From IMG/VR virus record IMGVR_UViG_3300049595_004364, positions 3,322-67,321 of that record: a DNA stretch of 64,000 nucleotides, one strand, 5' to 3'. Both the position numbers and the translations under genes were made by a program. Numbering within the stretch: the stretch's first letter is position 1; each line of letters begins with the position of its first letter. A model generated the notes under the pieces. That model worked only from the letters and a program-made list of their open reading frames with translations, made no database searches and had not been told where the DNA came from. Shown piece by piece: positions 50,691 through 58,615 of the stretch. The DNA is from a virus.

Positions 50691-50820
50691 CTTTTTTCTT
50701 TTCCCATATAGAATAGCATATAGCTACTGCCTGGTCTTTTGGTTTACCTTCTTCAATAATGACAGGTATACAGCGAGCTACAAACTCTTCCTTAGTTTCC
50801 TTTTTTCTAGGTTTAGGCAT
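50686..50820 (-). CDS. Small conserved phage protein (44 aa)
   Basis: MPKPRKKETKEEFVARCIPVIIEEGKPKDQAVAICYSIWEKKKG; its stop lies inside the tRNA-Ser 5' end. Confidence 0.65.
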   Translation of the reverse strand: MPKPRKKETKEEFVARCIPVIIEEGKPKDQAVAICYSIWEKKKG

Positions 50821-51202
50821 AAAATATATGGTCCTTAATCTTTTTTACTTTTCGTTTTTTACTAGCCCATCCTGGGCTAACGTAGTCGGCGTGGAAGTGT
50901 GTTGCTGAAATTCTATCAGAACTCAGTAAGGAATGAAGCGCTACTTCTTTTGCGCGGCGCCATGCTTTTCCTTTTGGTTTTTCACTTACGTTTCCTACCC
51001 AACTAAATTGGTTTTTTTGCTCTACTACACCACAAATAGTATCGGGCCATCTAGGGTCTTCTACCCTATTAAGCGTAACATCAGCTACTGCTAGCTGTCC
51101 CTCGATGGGTTGGTTACGAGCCTCATAATACACATTTTGTGCGAGACAATTAAATTCTGTTGGTGCAAAGAGCATAACTAGGGACAAGATCATGTCCTTC
51201 AT
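50813..51202 (-). CDS. SleB/Hydrolase_2 cell wall hydrolase
   Basis: 'CLAQNVYYEARNQ...AVA.V.LNRV....WPDTICGVV.Q..QFSW...THFHA...P.W...HIFY'. Confidence 0.93.
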   Translation of the reverse strand: MKDMILSLVMLFAPTEFNCLAQNVYYEARNQPIEGQLAVADVTLNRVEDPRWPDTICGVVEQKNQFSWVGNVSEKPKGKAWRRAKEVALHSLLSSDRISATHFHADYVSPGWASKKRKVKKIKDHIFYA

Positions 51203-51291
51203 GTTACCTCCTTATAAGGGGCGAGGGTTTCCCCTCGCCAAATAGTAACCCCCCGGTATTGCGCTATAAGGAAGCGTGGGGGGTGTTGTTA
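51203..51291 (-). promoter_or_regulatory. Structured leader of the hydrolase gene containing an anti-SD element
   Basis: Two GC-rich hairpins; CUUCCUUAUA is complementary to the RBS UAUAAGGAGG. Confidence 0.6.
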
Positions 51292-51633
51292 TTAAAATAG
51301 TGAAGCAAAATACTGTGCGGCTTTGCCCGTAAGCTTAGAAATAACTTCTTCGTTAACTTCTTTGCCCGCTGCTTCCAGCTTCTCAATAAGAGAGGCATGA
51401 GCAGCTTCTTTGCTAACGCGAGTACCGCTAGCTGCTTTTTTCTCTTTACCAGGGCCAGCTGACTTGGTGATATATACCCCAGCTTTGCTGAGAATCATAC
51501 GAACACTGTTTGGGGAAAAGCCTAGCTCTGCTCCTACATCCCCAACAATATCCATTGATGTTTCGGGTGTGGGCTTAGCTTTGAGATACATTGCTACAGC
51601 TTCTGCTTTTAGTTCATCGGTCCAAGTTGCCAT
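51292..51633 (-). CDS. T5 D3-like protein
   Basis: 'WTDE.K...PTPETSMDIV...SPN.VRMIL.KAGVY...KLTGKAA.YF'. Confidence 0.8.
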   Translation of the reverse strand: MATWTDELKAEAVAMYLKAKPTPETSMDIVGDVGAELGFSPNSVRMILSKAGVYITKSAGPGKEKKAASGTRVSKEAAHASLIEKLEAAGKEVNEEVISKLTGKAAQYFASLF

Positions 51634-51655
51634 TAATAGTCTCCTTTTATAGTGT

Positions 51656-51695
51656 ATAATATCATTAGGTGATCACAAAGTCAAGAACTTTTTTT
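51656..51695 (-). promoter_or_regulatory. Phage early promoter
   Basis: AAAAAAAGTTC-TTGACT-17-TATTAT. Confidence 0.75.
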
Positions 51696-52341
51696 AACTT
51701 GTGATCTGTTCGATTGTAATATATTTTTTGAGATGTTCTAAAGAGCCCAGCTCTTCTATTCGCTGATTTGCGTAGAAACCAGCTTTACGCCTTCCCTCAC
51801 TAGGTTGAAATACGTAAATTTGATATATAGGAGTCTTATCTCTAGACAATCCTACATATTTAATAACTTCTGCTGCTGCGTCATAAAACGCTGACCATAC
51901 AACATCTCCCGGTTTTACACTAGTTACTATACATTCTTCTGGTAGAAGACTTGGGGTATAGTTATCTTTGCCGCGGGGACGGCGAGGCACCCCAAGATTC
52001 TCTAGTATCTTATTGATAGCAGAGCTAGGGCGGAAAAGAAGGGCAGCAATCTCAGTTACCTCAGTACCCTGTAGATACCACTTGATAATGTTAGATACTT
52101 CTGCTGCTTCAAAAGCGGTGCCTTTTTTAGCTTCGTACAGCTTCTTACGACGCGCTACTTTTTCTTCATGCTCTACAATGATAGAGTTAAGTCGGGTAGT
52201 ATTATACGAAATATTTAGAATCTCGCACGCTTCTTTCTTAGTAATAGGCGGCGTAGATTTAAGTAAGGAAATAACTCGGGTAATAGAAGCTTCATCTAGC
52301 TTCTCGTGCTCTTTAGCTTTAACGCCCTTTTTCAAGTTCAA
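51694..52341 (-). CDS. T5 D2-like protein
   Basis: 'TKKEACEILNISYNTTRL', 'LGSLEHL'. Confidence 0.8.
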   Translation of the reverse strand: MNLKKGVKAKEHEKLDEASITRVISLLKSTPPITKKEACEILNISYNTTRLNSIIVEHEEKVARRKKLYEAKKGTAFEAAEVSNIIKWYLQGTEVTEIAALLFRPSSAINKILENLGVPRRPRGKDNYTPSLLPEECIVTSVKPGDVVWSAFYDAAAEVIKYVGLSRDKTPIYQIYVFQPSEGRRKAGFYANQRIEELGSLEHLKKYITIEQITS

Positions 52342-52606
52342 TCTCCAACAAAAACATTAGGCAGCAAATTGCATGTGCATAATGATGCATATCCGTTTCC
52401 GGGTCATGTGCCTCACCTAGTTGTACCATGTTGATGTGGCGTCTAGCAGCAGAAAGGTAGCGAGAAAACGGATCATTTACATATCTCCAATTATCAGGAG
52501 CATACTTTTCTGCCCCAAAGGTGAGTACTTTAGCAACTTCTAGTTCTGCTAGAGGTGGAATAAGTGCAAACATGGGCTTACCTTTATCGTACTTCTTACC
52601 CTCCAA
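52319..52606 (-). CDS. dATP/dGTP diphosphohydrolase (DUF5664-like)
   Basis: 'GKKYDKGKP...VLTFGAEKY..DNW...RH...D.ET..HH.AHA.CCL.FL'. Confidence 0.85.
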   Translation of the reverse strand: MEGKKYDKGKPMFALIPPLAELEVAKVLTFGAEKYAPDNWRYVNDPFSRYLSAARRHINMVQLGEAHDPETDMHHYAHAICCLMFLLEIELEKGR

Positions 52607-52826
52607 TACTAAACCCTCCCGACAGATTGATACTACGCCAATCTTGCTTGTCTAGGTCAAACACTGTAATGAGGTGTTCTGGGCCTGGAACAGACTTACC
52701 ATAAATGGAAGGAATTACACCCTCTTGAAGGGAGCACCGCATGATACGTTGGCTACCGTCTTTTTTGGTAAAGGTAACAAGAAGTTCTTTTTGCTTGAGC
52801 AGATCTTTTAGTTCTTCAACTGTCAT
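52596..52826 (-). CDS. SH3/Sm-like (WYL_2-type) protein
   Basis: 'VTFTKKDGSQRIMRC.L...VFDLDKQDWRS'. Confidence 0.8.
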   Translation of the reverse strand: MTVEELKDLLKQKELLVTFTKKDGSQRIMRCSLQEGVIPSIYGKSVPGPEHLITVFDLDKQDWRSINLSGGFSIGG

Positions 52827-52837
52827 TTTCTCTCCAG

Positions 52838-52975
52838 TTATGTTTTCAAACGATTACACTTAGAGCAAACATAAATACGTTGCACTCTGGTTCCAGCGAT
52901 AAAAAAGAAATTTGTTTTCCAACTATGGTCTTTCCATTGGCATTTGGGGCGCGTTTCGCCTTTCTTTGTCAACAT
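52838..52975 (-). CDS. Small putative zinc-binding protein (45 aa)
   Basis: MLTKKGETRPKCQWKDHSWK...YVCSKCNRLKT; GGAGG RBS after a promoter. Confidence 0.6.
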   Translation of the reverse strand: MLTKKGETRPKCQWKDHSWKTNFFFIAGTRVQRIYVCSKCNRLKT

Positions 52976-52995
52976 ATTTTATCCTCCATGTAGGT

Positions 52996-53035
52996 AATCT
53001 ACTACACAACTAGCGTGCGGTCAAGAGCTATTTTT
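52996..53035 (-). promoter_or_regulatory. Phage early promoter
   Basis: AAAAATAGCTC-TTGACC-17-TAGATT. Confidence 0.7.
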
Positions 53036-53648
53036 TAAGTCGTCCTTCATAATTTGCTAGGTTCTCGTTCCACCAGGGGGGCTTCTCGCGGCTTTTCCAA
53101 GATGCGAACGTTGCCTTATCAAGGTGGTAAAAGTTGCGGTAAGACCATATAGGGTCATCTTCATTAACAAGATCTGGCCTAGCCTCCCTCATCACATTCA
53201 TTGCTAGTGCAAACTTAGTAAAGCCTACATCAGGTATGGTAGGCAGGGGCATATCGCGCAGGAAGGCGACAGCTCGGTGCTGCGGCACCCCGTTCGGGTT
53301 GCGATATTTACGCTCTGCTTCTAGTGATTCCATGTAGCAGTAAGTCCACGCGTAGTTTTCAAAGCTAGAGCGAACCCATATTGTAGAAGGGTGATTTAGG
53401 TGTGTATCATAACCTAAATAGGGAATTGGCCGCTCTTCGAGAGGTGTACCTTTATAAGGGGCACGCAACTTTCGAACAACAGCCAACTCTTCTTTATTTA
53501 AGAATCTAGGAACAAACCCTATCGCTTGCTCTACCCAGTGACACTGACACAGCATTTCTGCCGCCTCTAATATCATTTTTACTACATGTTTATCAACGTG
53601 ATACCTTGCATTTGTGTCGTGATCTTCATCTAGGTAGAAAAGATTCAT
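53028..53648 (-). CDS. Pyrimidine-dimer DNA glycosylase-like protein
   Basis: 'MNLFYLD...H.DKHVVKMILE.A..L...THLNHPSTIWVR.S..NY...YR.FY...K'. Confidence 0.8.
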   Translation of the reverse strand: MNLFYLDEDHDTNARYHVDKHVVKMILEAAEMLCQCHWVEQAIGFVPRFLNKEELAVVRKLRAPYKGTPLEERPIPYLGYDTHLNHPSTIWVRSSFENYAWTYCYMESLEAERKYRNPNGVPQHRAVAFLRDMPLPTIPDVGFTKFALAMNVMREARPDLVNEDDPIWSYRNFYHLDKATFASWKSREKPPWWNENLANYEGRLKK

Positions 53649-53845
53649 TACTCTAGACCATCTGCAATTTCTTCGAGAATTTCATAGGCGGTCTCATCGT
53701 CGTACTGATCTGCAAGATAGTCGCGAAGGGCAACAAGCAGTGCAATAGCAAAATCTGCTTCTTTATTTTGCATAAGCTCATTCACTGCTTCTTTTGCTTG
53801 CCCAAGCAAGATGTCATCTTCTAGCATTTCTTCAAATTCGGTCAT
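53648..53845 (-). CDS. Acidic hypothetical protein
   Basis: Coupled to neighbours; GAGA RBS. Confidence 0.6.
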   Translation of the reverse strand: MTEFEEMLEDDILLGQAKEAVNELMQNKEADFAIALLVALRDYLADQYDDETAYEILEEIADGLE

Positions 53846-54231
53846 TTGTTGTTCTCATAGTTAAATTTAACATAAATGGATTCTATGCCATTATCAATAA
53901 TAAAGGCATCAATACTATCAAAGTATTTTCTAGCAATAGTAATTCGTTGATTACCAATTATTGCTAAATAAGGTTTGCTAGGGTCGTAAGGAAGTTTATT
54001 ACTTAGCCCTTGCACTGCTTTTTCATGCTCTTGAATAGTATTCTTACATACTATAACAGGAAACTTCATGCCTGTCAAGATAGATTTTTCAAGTTCTTCA
54101 CTGGGAGACTGAAGTACAGCATCTGCTATATCTGATAGAGGAATAGCAACTGCTTTTAGTTCTTTGATTTGAATTCCTTCATCAAAGAAATAATAAGTAA
54201 GCTCTTGTAACCCAGCATTTAAATTAGACAC
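53842..54231 (-). CDS. ParB/Srx-like domain protein
   Basis: 'LEKSI..GMKFPVIV...IIGNQR..IAR'. Confidence 0.55.
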   Translation of the reverse strand: MSNLNAGLQELTYYFFDEGIQIKELKAVAIPLSDIADAVLQSPSEELEKSILTGMKFPVIVCKNTIQEHEKAVQGLSNKLPYDPSKPYLAIIGNQRITIARKYFDSIDAFIIDNGIESIYVKFNYENNK

Positions 54232-54234
54232 GAC

Positions 54235-54525
54235 CTACTTCTCCGTTGCTGTGTCTTCAAGGTACTTCCAGCCTTCCTGCAAGAGTTTAATATAAGTGTC
54301 TAGTTCTTGCATATTTGACCTATACTTATCAAAGTTTTCGGCATCTAGTGCAAAGTACTCTTGCTCTGGTAAATATTGCCAGGTTAGTTCTTCTAGAGCT
54401 ACTTCTGGTCTTGTTGGCGCATCAACAACATATACGGGAACTTCCACATATTTAGTTGTTGTGCACGCCCCCAAAAATACTGGAAGAATTAGTGATGCTG
54501 GTAATAAATTCGTTTGTATCTTCAT
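54235..54525 (-). CDS. o-spanin (Rz1-like lipoprotein)
   Basis: Lipobox LGAC, proline-rich linker, overlaps the 3' end of the i-spanin gene. Confidence 0.75.
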   Translation of the reverse strand: MKIQTNLLPASLILPVFLGACTTTKYVEVPVYVVDAPTRPEVALEELTWQYLPEQEYFALDAENFDKYRSNMQELDTYIKLLQEGWKYLEDTATEK

Positions 54526-54832
54526 TTGCGGTCTCTACTATCACCTCTGCTGGCGCTGTCTTTACAATCTCTCTGTACCGTATAACAGGCTTTTCAACAA
54601 TTTTTATTTGTTCTACTCTACTATTATATTCTTCTAGCTTTTTAGCTTGATCGTCTATAATCTTTTTTTCAAACTTAATACGCGCTTGAAGCTCTTCTAT
54701 TGTATCAAGCTGCGTGTTTAATAAGGCTTTTTGTGTCGCTATTGTTTCACTAAAGCTATTGCTCTGAGCATAAAAGTAGTAACACGCTAGCGACAAAGCT
54801 GCAAAAGAGCCACTAATTATCCAAATTTTCAT
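54452..54832 (-). CDS. i-spanin (Rz-like)
   Basis: N-terminal TM followed by coiled coil. Confidence 0.75.
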   Translation of the reverse strand: MKIWIISGSFAALSLACYYFYAQSNSFSETIATQKALLNTQLDTIEELQARIKFEKKIIDDQAKKLEEYNSRVEQIKIVEKPVIRYREIVKTAPAEVIVETANEDTNEFITSITNSSSIFGGVHNN

Positions 54833-55070
54833 TTAACATTTCCTCTATCTTTTCGTGCACTTCTAGATTTCTGTCGTCAAGCAACAAAAATTCTTTTTCT
54901 CGCTCCTCTACTTCCTCTAGCACAGTCATATAGTACGCTGCACTATCGCGATATGCAAGAAAAATTATAGCGTATAATACTAATAAAACAAAAGAAAAAG
55001 TAAGCAATACTTCACGTATGCCTACTTTTCTTTTGTTAAATTCAGTTTCAATGTAAAACATTTGATCCAC
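54813..55070 (-). CDS. Single-TM membrane protein (possible holin/antiholin)
   Basis: One hydrophobic segment; directly upstream of the spanins. Confidence 0.45.
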   Translation of the reverse strand: MDQMFYIETEFNKRKVGIREVLLTFSFVLLVLYAIIFLAYRDSAAYYMTVLEEVEEREKEFLLLDDRNLEVHEKIEEMLNENLDN

Positions 55071-55074
55071 ATAA

Positions 55075-55100
55075 AAATGCCACCATTTATGGCTGGTGGC
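55075..55100 (-). terminator. Terminator
   Basis: GCCACCA-gccataaa-TGGTGGC-ATTTTT on the minus strand. Confidence 0.6.
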
Positions 55101-55111
55101 CCACCAAAATA

Positions 55112-55504
55112 TTACTCTTCTACTACTGGGTCAGCAAAAGCTTCAAAGACGCCGAACTCTTCAACAAGAGTTTCTTCGTCCATATCAACTGTGCCACCCG
55201 AAGTATTCTCGAACGTAAGTCCATCCAGATCTACAGTTGTAAATACAGGAATTTCTGCTTCTGGGGGCAGAGTTGTGTCCACTGTCTCAGGTGAGATAGG
55301 GGCAGGGTCTGCAACAACAGGGTTGAGGTAGTCATCAATAAATTTAACGGCAGCGGCAGACTCATATGCAACTGTCTCGCGACCTGCTACTAGGTCCTCA
55401 ATTGCGCTAGCTAGCTCAACTCGGGCCCGCTTTACACGGTCTACTTTGGCCTGGACTTGCGCGTGTACATGCGCTAGTCCTTCGGTTAGGGTTACTTCAG
55501 TCAT
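55112..55504 (-). CDS. Acidic hypothetical protein
   Basis: AGGAG RBS; coiled-coil N-half, acidic proline-rich C-half. Confidence 0.7.
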   Translation of the reverse strand: MTEVTLTEGLAHVHAQVQAKVDRVKRARVELASAIEDLVAGRETVAYESAAAVKFIDDYLNPVVADPAPISPETVDTTLPPEAEIPVFTTVDLDGLTFENTSGGTVDMDEETLVEEFGVFEAFADPVVEE

Positions 55505-55544
55505 TTTAGTCTCCTATAAAAGCTAGAATTAGCTTTTTCTTTTT

Positions 55545-55739
55545 TTACGGCGTAACTTCAGTTACAACTTCTTCAGTAACTTCAGTGGGGATTTCAGCCA
55601 CAACTTCTTCGGCTACAGCTTCCGCTACAACTTCTTCAGCTACAACTTCCGTTACAACTTCTTCAGCTACAACTTCTTGAGTAGGCTCAGCACAAGCGGC
55701 CAGTGCAGCCAATGCGGCTACTGCAAATACAAATTTCAT
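55545..55739 (-). CDS. Small acidic lipoprotein with EVV(A/T)E repeats
   Basis: Lipobox LAAC; 15-bp repeats; AGGAG RBS. Confidence 0.8.
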   Translation of the reverse strand: MKFVFAVAALAALAACAEPTQEVVAEEVVTEVVAEEVVAEAVAEEVVAEIPTEVTEEVVTEVTP

Positions 55740-55757
55740 TTTTTCTCCTATGGGTTA

Positions 55758-56080
55758 AGCGGGTCCGTTCTGTTGCTAGGTGGAACCCATACCCCCGAAA
55801 ATTAAGCGGCTAGCGCGTAATCCTCAACAATGCTGTTATCGTTTGCATTTATAACGTTTGATCTTTTAGGGAAATCACTCCCAGTTGTCCACTATCGTTG
55901 TTCGTCTGTCGAAACTATATCTGGCCCATCAAATATATACTACTGCGCTACATCCACATGCGCGTACTTATGACTCCATGCTTCCAACCACTCTGGAGTA
56001 CCCTTTGGGTAGGGTAGTATATATTTGGTGGACCAGCTGGGTACTGCCCCCAGGTCCAAATCGACTTATTGTCGCTTCAT
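55758..56080 (-). ncRNA. ssrA: Circularly permuted (two-piece) tmRNA
   Basis: Acceptor piece ends CTGGG-GGCAGTA-CCCAG-CTGGTCC-ACCA (CCA at 56028-56026); coding piece starts GGGCCAG at 55927, giving the G3:U70 pair; tag ANDNSIVEDYALAA* at 55846-55802; outer ends approximate. Confidence 0.95.
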
Positions 56081-56378
56081 ACAACTATATCTTCTCTAGG
56101 AACAATTCCAAGAGAGGATTGCTGGTTACTAATTACTACGTTCATAGCTATATCAGACGAATCTTCTACAGTACATAGAATTAGTGCAATACTATCTATT
56201 GCTTTAACTATATCTTCTTTATCTAGACCAAGTTTACTTTGGTGGATAAATAGTTTGTGAGAGAAGTTCGCGGCGTACTGAGCGTACACCGCGTTCATCA
56301 CATGCAGTTCCTGAGCTAGCTCATTCACTTCTGCCGGCCAAGCCGACGGATTACCTATAATTTCTTTTAGCATATTAC
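56077..56378 (-). CDS. Hypothetical protein
   Basis: Probable start MLKEII at a TAATG overlap with the upstream gene. Confidence 0.55.
56085..56112 (-). promoter_or_regulatory. Probable tmRNA promoter
   Basis: TTGGAA-16-TATAGT just upstream of the acceptor piece. Confidence 0.5.
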
Positions 56379-56869
56379 ACATTCGTATTAGTGATAGTGA
56401 AAGTTCCTGAGGCAGTACGCCCATAAATATCCGCTGCTGTTACTCTAACAGTTATAACTTCTGTTGCAGTAACTGCTGGTCTAGTACCTGCAAAGGTTCT
56501 AGTTGATGGCGTAAACGTAATCCACGTTGGTAGTGGTGCACCACCATCTAGTGTTGCAGTATACGTAATAGGAGCAGCTTCAGGGTCGTTGAAAGTATTC
56601 AGCGCAAAAGTGTAGTTGAGAGCCGAAAGTTCATTGCCTGTTTGGTTAACAAGAGCATTCTGTAGGGTAGGGGCTACATTTACAGCTCTACCTGCATAAA
56701 TAAGAGAATGTTTCATACCTCTTATAAAGCTACCAAATACGCGTCTAACACGCATTGGTGTCGCACCGGTATTTAAGGCTACAAATTCTGCTCGTGTTGG
56801 CACAGCGCCAATATCGTTGGAAACAAAAGATGCTGCAATGGTATCTCTAAGTCTAGAAAGTCTACCCAT
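56375..56869 (-). CDS. Putative capsid decoration protein (helical N-domain + cadherin/Ig-like domain; T5 pb10-like layout)
   Basis: C-terminal 'APTL..Q...F.DPE...TYTATL..G.PLPTWITF...RTF.GT...VRVTA.D' CADG/Ig fold. Confidence 0.6.
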   Translation of the reverse strand: MGRLSRLRDTIAASFVSNDIGAVPTRAEFVALNTGATPMRVRRVFGSFIRGMKHSLIYAGRAVNVAPTLQNALVNQTGNELSALNYTFALNTFNDPEAAPITYTATLDGGAPLPTWITFTPSTRTFAGTRPAVTATEVITVRVTAADIYGRTASGTFTITNTNV

Positions 56870-57039
56870 TATACGCCTTCCAGCAACGCGTCTCTAACCA
56901 TTGCAACAATTTTATTGTCAATATCATTACCAGTCGTTTCAGCATAACGCTCTAGTAGAGTTACAACCATCTCTTTTACTTCTCTACGGTTAAACATCGC
57001 CGTAATAAAAGGGACGATAATGTTAAAAATGATTTTCAT
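56869..57039 (-). CDS. Small amphipathic protein (56 aa)
   Basis: MKIIFNIIVPFITAMFNRREVKEMVVTLLERYAETTGNDIDNKIVAMVRDALLEGV; AAGGAG RBS. Confidence 0.7.
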   Translation of the reverse strand: MKIIFNIIVPFITAMFNRREVKEMVVTLLERYAETTGNDIDNKIVAMVRDALLEGV

Positions 57040-57082
57040 AAATCTCCTTTATAGTCTGGCAAGTTTATCCTAGCCTGAGGAG

Positions 57083-57122
57083 ATTATGACACAAGGGAAC
57101 TCAAAAGTCAAGAACTTTTTTT
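57083..57122 (-). promoter_or_regulatory. Phage promoter
   Basis: AAAAAAAGTTC-TTGACT-17-CATAAT. Confidence 0.75.
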
Positions 57123-57620
57123 CTGGACAAAGGGTTCCAAGTGAGGCTTACTATAGTTAGGCCCTTTAAGGATCTTACCATCAAGTCTACGGACTGGTCT
57201 GCCATCCGTACCGAGTTTGCTCATATTTGACCTGTGTACTTCTCTAAACGCACCCTCAAAATCCATATCTTTGGTGTAGCTATAGATAAGCGTTAAGATC
57301 CCGTCCAAGTCTTGGTCAATAGTTTCTTTTTCCACCGCAAGAGCTATATCAATAATATCTACCTTAGCACAGTCAAGCGTCTTAGCTTCTTCAATGTGCT
57401 CAGGGTCAATCATTGGGATATCAAGAGCATAATACGCACCGTACACCACATACGCCAGATCAACAAGAGCATCAAGCTCTTCGATGTCTGACGCAGCGGC
57501 GTCCAGCTCGTTGGCTTCTTCTTCAATGAGAGCTACTCGAAGATCATAAGTTGCTTTTTCACTCATTGTGTTTGGAAGTTGACCATAAACTTCCATAAAT
57601 TCTTTTACTAGTTCGTGCAT
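57108..57620 (-). CDS. MazG-like/PRA-PH NTP pyrophosphohydrolase
   Basis: 'LIEEE..EL...DALVDL.YV.YG...EVHRSNMSK...DGKILKGPNY..P'. Confidence 0.88.
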   Translation of the reverse strand: MHELVKEFMEVYGQLPNTMSEKATYDLRVALIEEEANELDAAASDIEELDALVDLAYVVYGAYYALDIPMIDPEHIEEAKTLDCAKVDIIDIALAVEKETIDQDLDGILTLIYSYTKDMDFEGAFREVHRSNMSKLGTDGRPVRRLDGKILKGPNYSKPHLEPFVQKKSS

Positions 57621-58355
57621 TTAGACCTCAAATGTTGCTGTAGGGTTAAAGTGTGCATTTTCACTGTGATCACCTTTTGGGTAGCCACGTGGGTTGCAAA
57701 GCACCCGTGTGTTACTCACAGTGTAATCACTGTTGTCGTGCATATGACCGTGGACCCACACCGGGGCGGTCATGAGATGCTCCAGATTGGAAGCATATGC
57801 TGTATTAAGTTTATCACCAGCATACTTAGGATGCACACTAAGAAAGCTAGGTGCATGATGTGTCACCACCACTGTGCGATCATAGGGCTCTAGTGTGTCT
57901 AGGAAATACACTGTTTCATGGTGCCAACGAAGGGCATCATCAGTGCTAAACACTCTAAAATCGTTCATGCCATGCTGTGCAAGATTTTTATGATACTCTG
58001 TACCACCAAAGTTAGTCCACAGAGTTCCACCCACAAATCGCACGCCGTCAAGCATGACAGCTTCGTTATCGAGAAGATGCACGTTAGCTGGCAGCTCTCT
58101 ACGGATTGCTGCAAGGTAGGACTTTTTAGTATTCTTCCAGCCGTACAGCTCGTGATTGCCACCCACGTAGACAACGTGCTTGTAAGTGCTGGACACGTGG
58201 TCCAGAAACTTACGATAGCGATTCTTTTTGCTATCCGTGTTCACAAAGCCGTGAGCAGTAAAGATATCACCCGCAAGCACAAGCACATCCGCTGCCTTCT
58301 CAGGCAGGTAGAGGTGGCCAAACTCCAGATGGAGATCACTCATGTACTGGATCAT
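57621..58355 (-). CDS. Calcineurin-like metallophosphoesterase
   Basis: 'SDLHLE', 'AGD', 'GNHE', 'THHAP', 'HGHMH', 'NPRGY'. Confidence 0.93.
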   Translation of the reverse strand: MIQYMSDLHLEFGHLYLPEKAADVLVLAGDIFTAHGFVNTDSKKNRYRKFLDHVSSTYKHVVYVGGNHELYGWKNTKKSYLAAIRRELPANVHLLDNEAVMLDGVRFVGGTLWTNFGGTEYHKNLAQHGMNDFRVFSTDDALRWHHETVYFLDTLEPYDRTVVVTHHAPSFLSVHPKYAGDKLNTAYASNLEHLMTAPVWVHGHMHDNSDYTVSNTRVLCNPRGYPKGDHSENAHFNPTATFEV

Positions 58356-58573
58356 AGCATACTCCTGATTTTCTTAAACACTACCTTGCGATCGGTCCAA
58401 ACAACATCATTGACCCACATAAATACTGTGAAGCCATGATTGCCACCAAAGCGCTCTGTAACTACCTTACCATTAACAGTAGCAAGGTACACCCAGGGTA
58501 TATTGCCCTGAAGCGTAACATTGATACCAATCTTGGCAAGCTTCTCTACGAAAGATTTTACTTTGTATGTCAT
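58352..58573 (-). CDS. Conserved phage hypothetical protein
   Basis: 'L.KIGI.V.L.GN.PW.YL..VNG..V.E.F..NHGFT'. Confidence 0.65.
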   Translation of the reverse strand: MTYKVKSFVEKLAKIGINVTLQGNIPWVYLATVNGKVVTERFGGNHGFTVFMWVNDVVWTDRKVVFKKIRSML

Positions 58574-58579
58574 CTAGGT

Positions 58580-58615
58580 AATGTACTCTATTTCTAGGAG
58601 TATGTCAAGAGTTAT
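58580..58615 (-). promoter_or_regulatory. Phage promoter
   Basis: ACTC-TTGACA-17-TACATT. Confidence 0.65.

Noticed and set aside
50402-50838. Plus-strand ORFs 50402-50590 and 50602-50838
   Set aside because: Antisense translations of the tRNA genes ('GFEP' artefact)
55885-56178. 97-aa plus-strand ORF
   Set aside because: Antisense to the tmRNA; no RBS or recognisable motif
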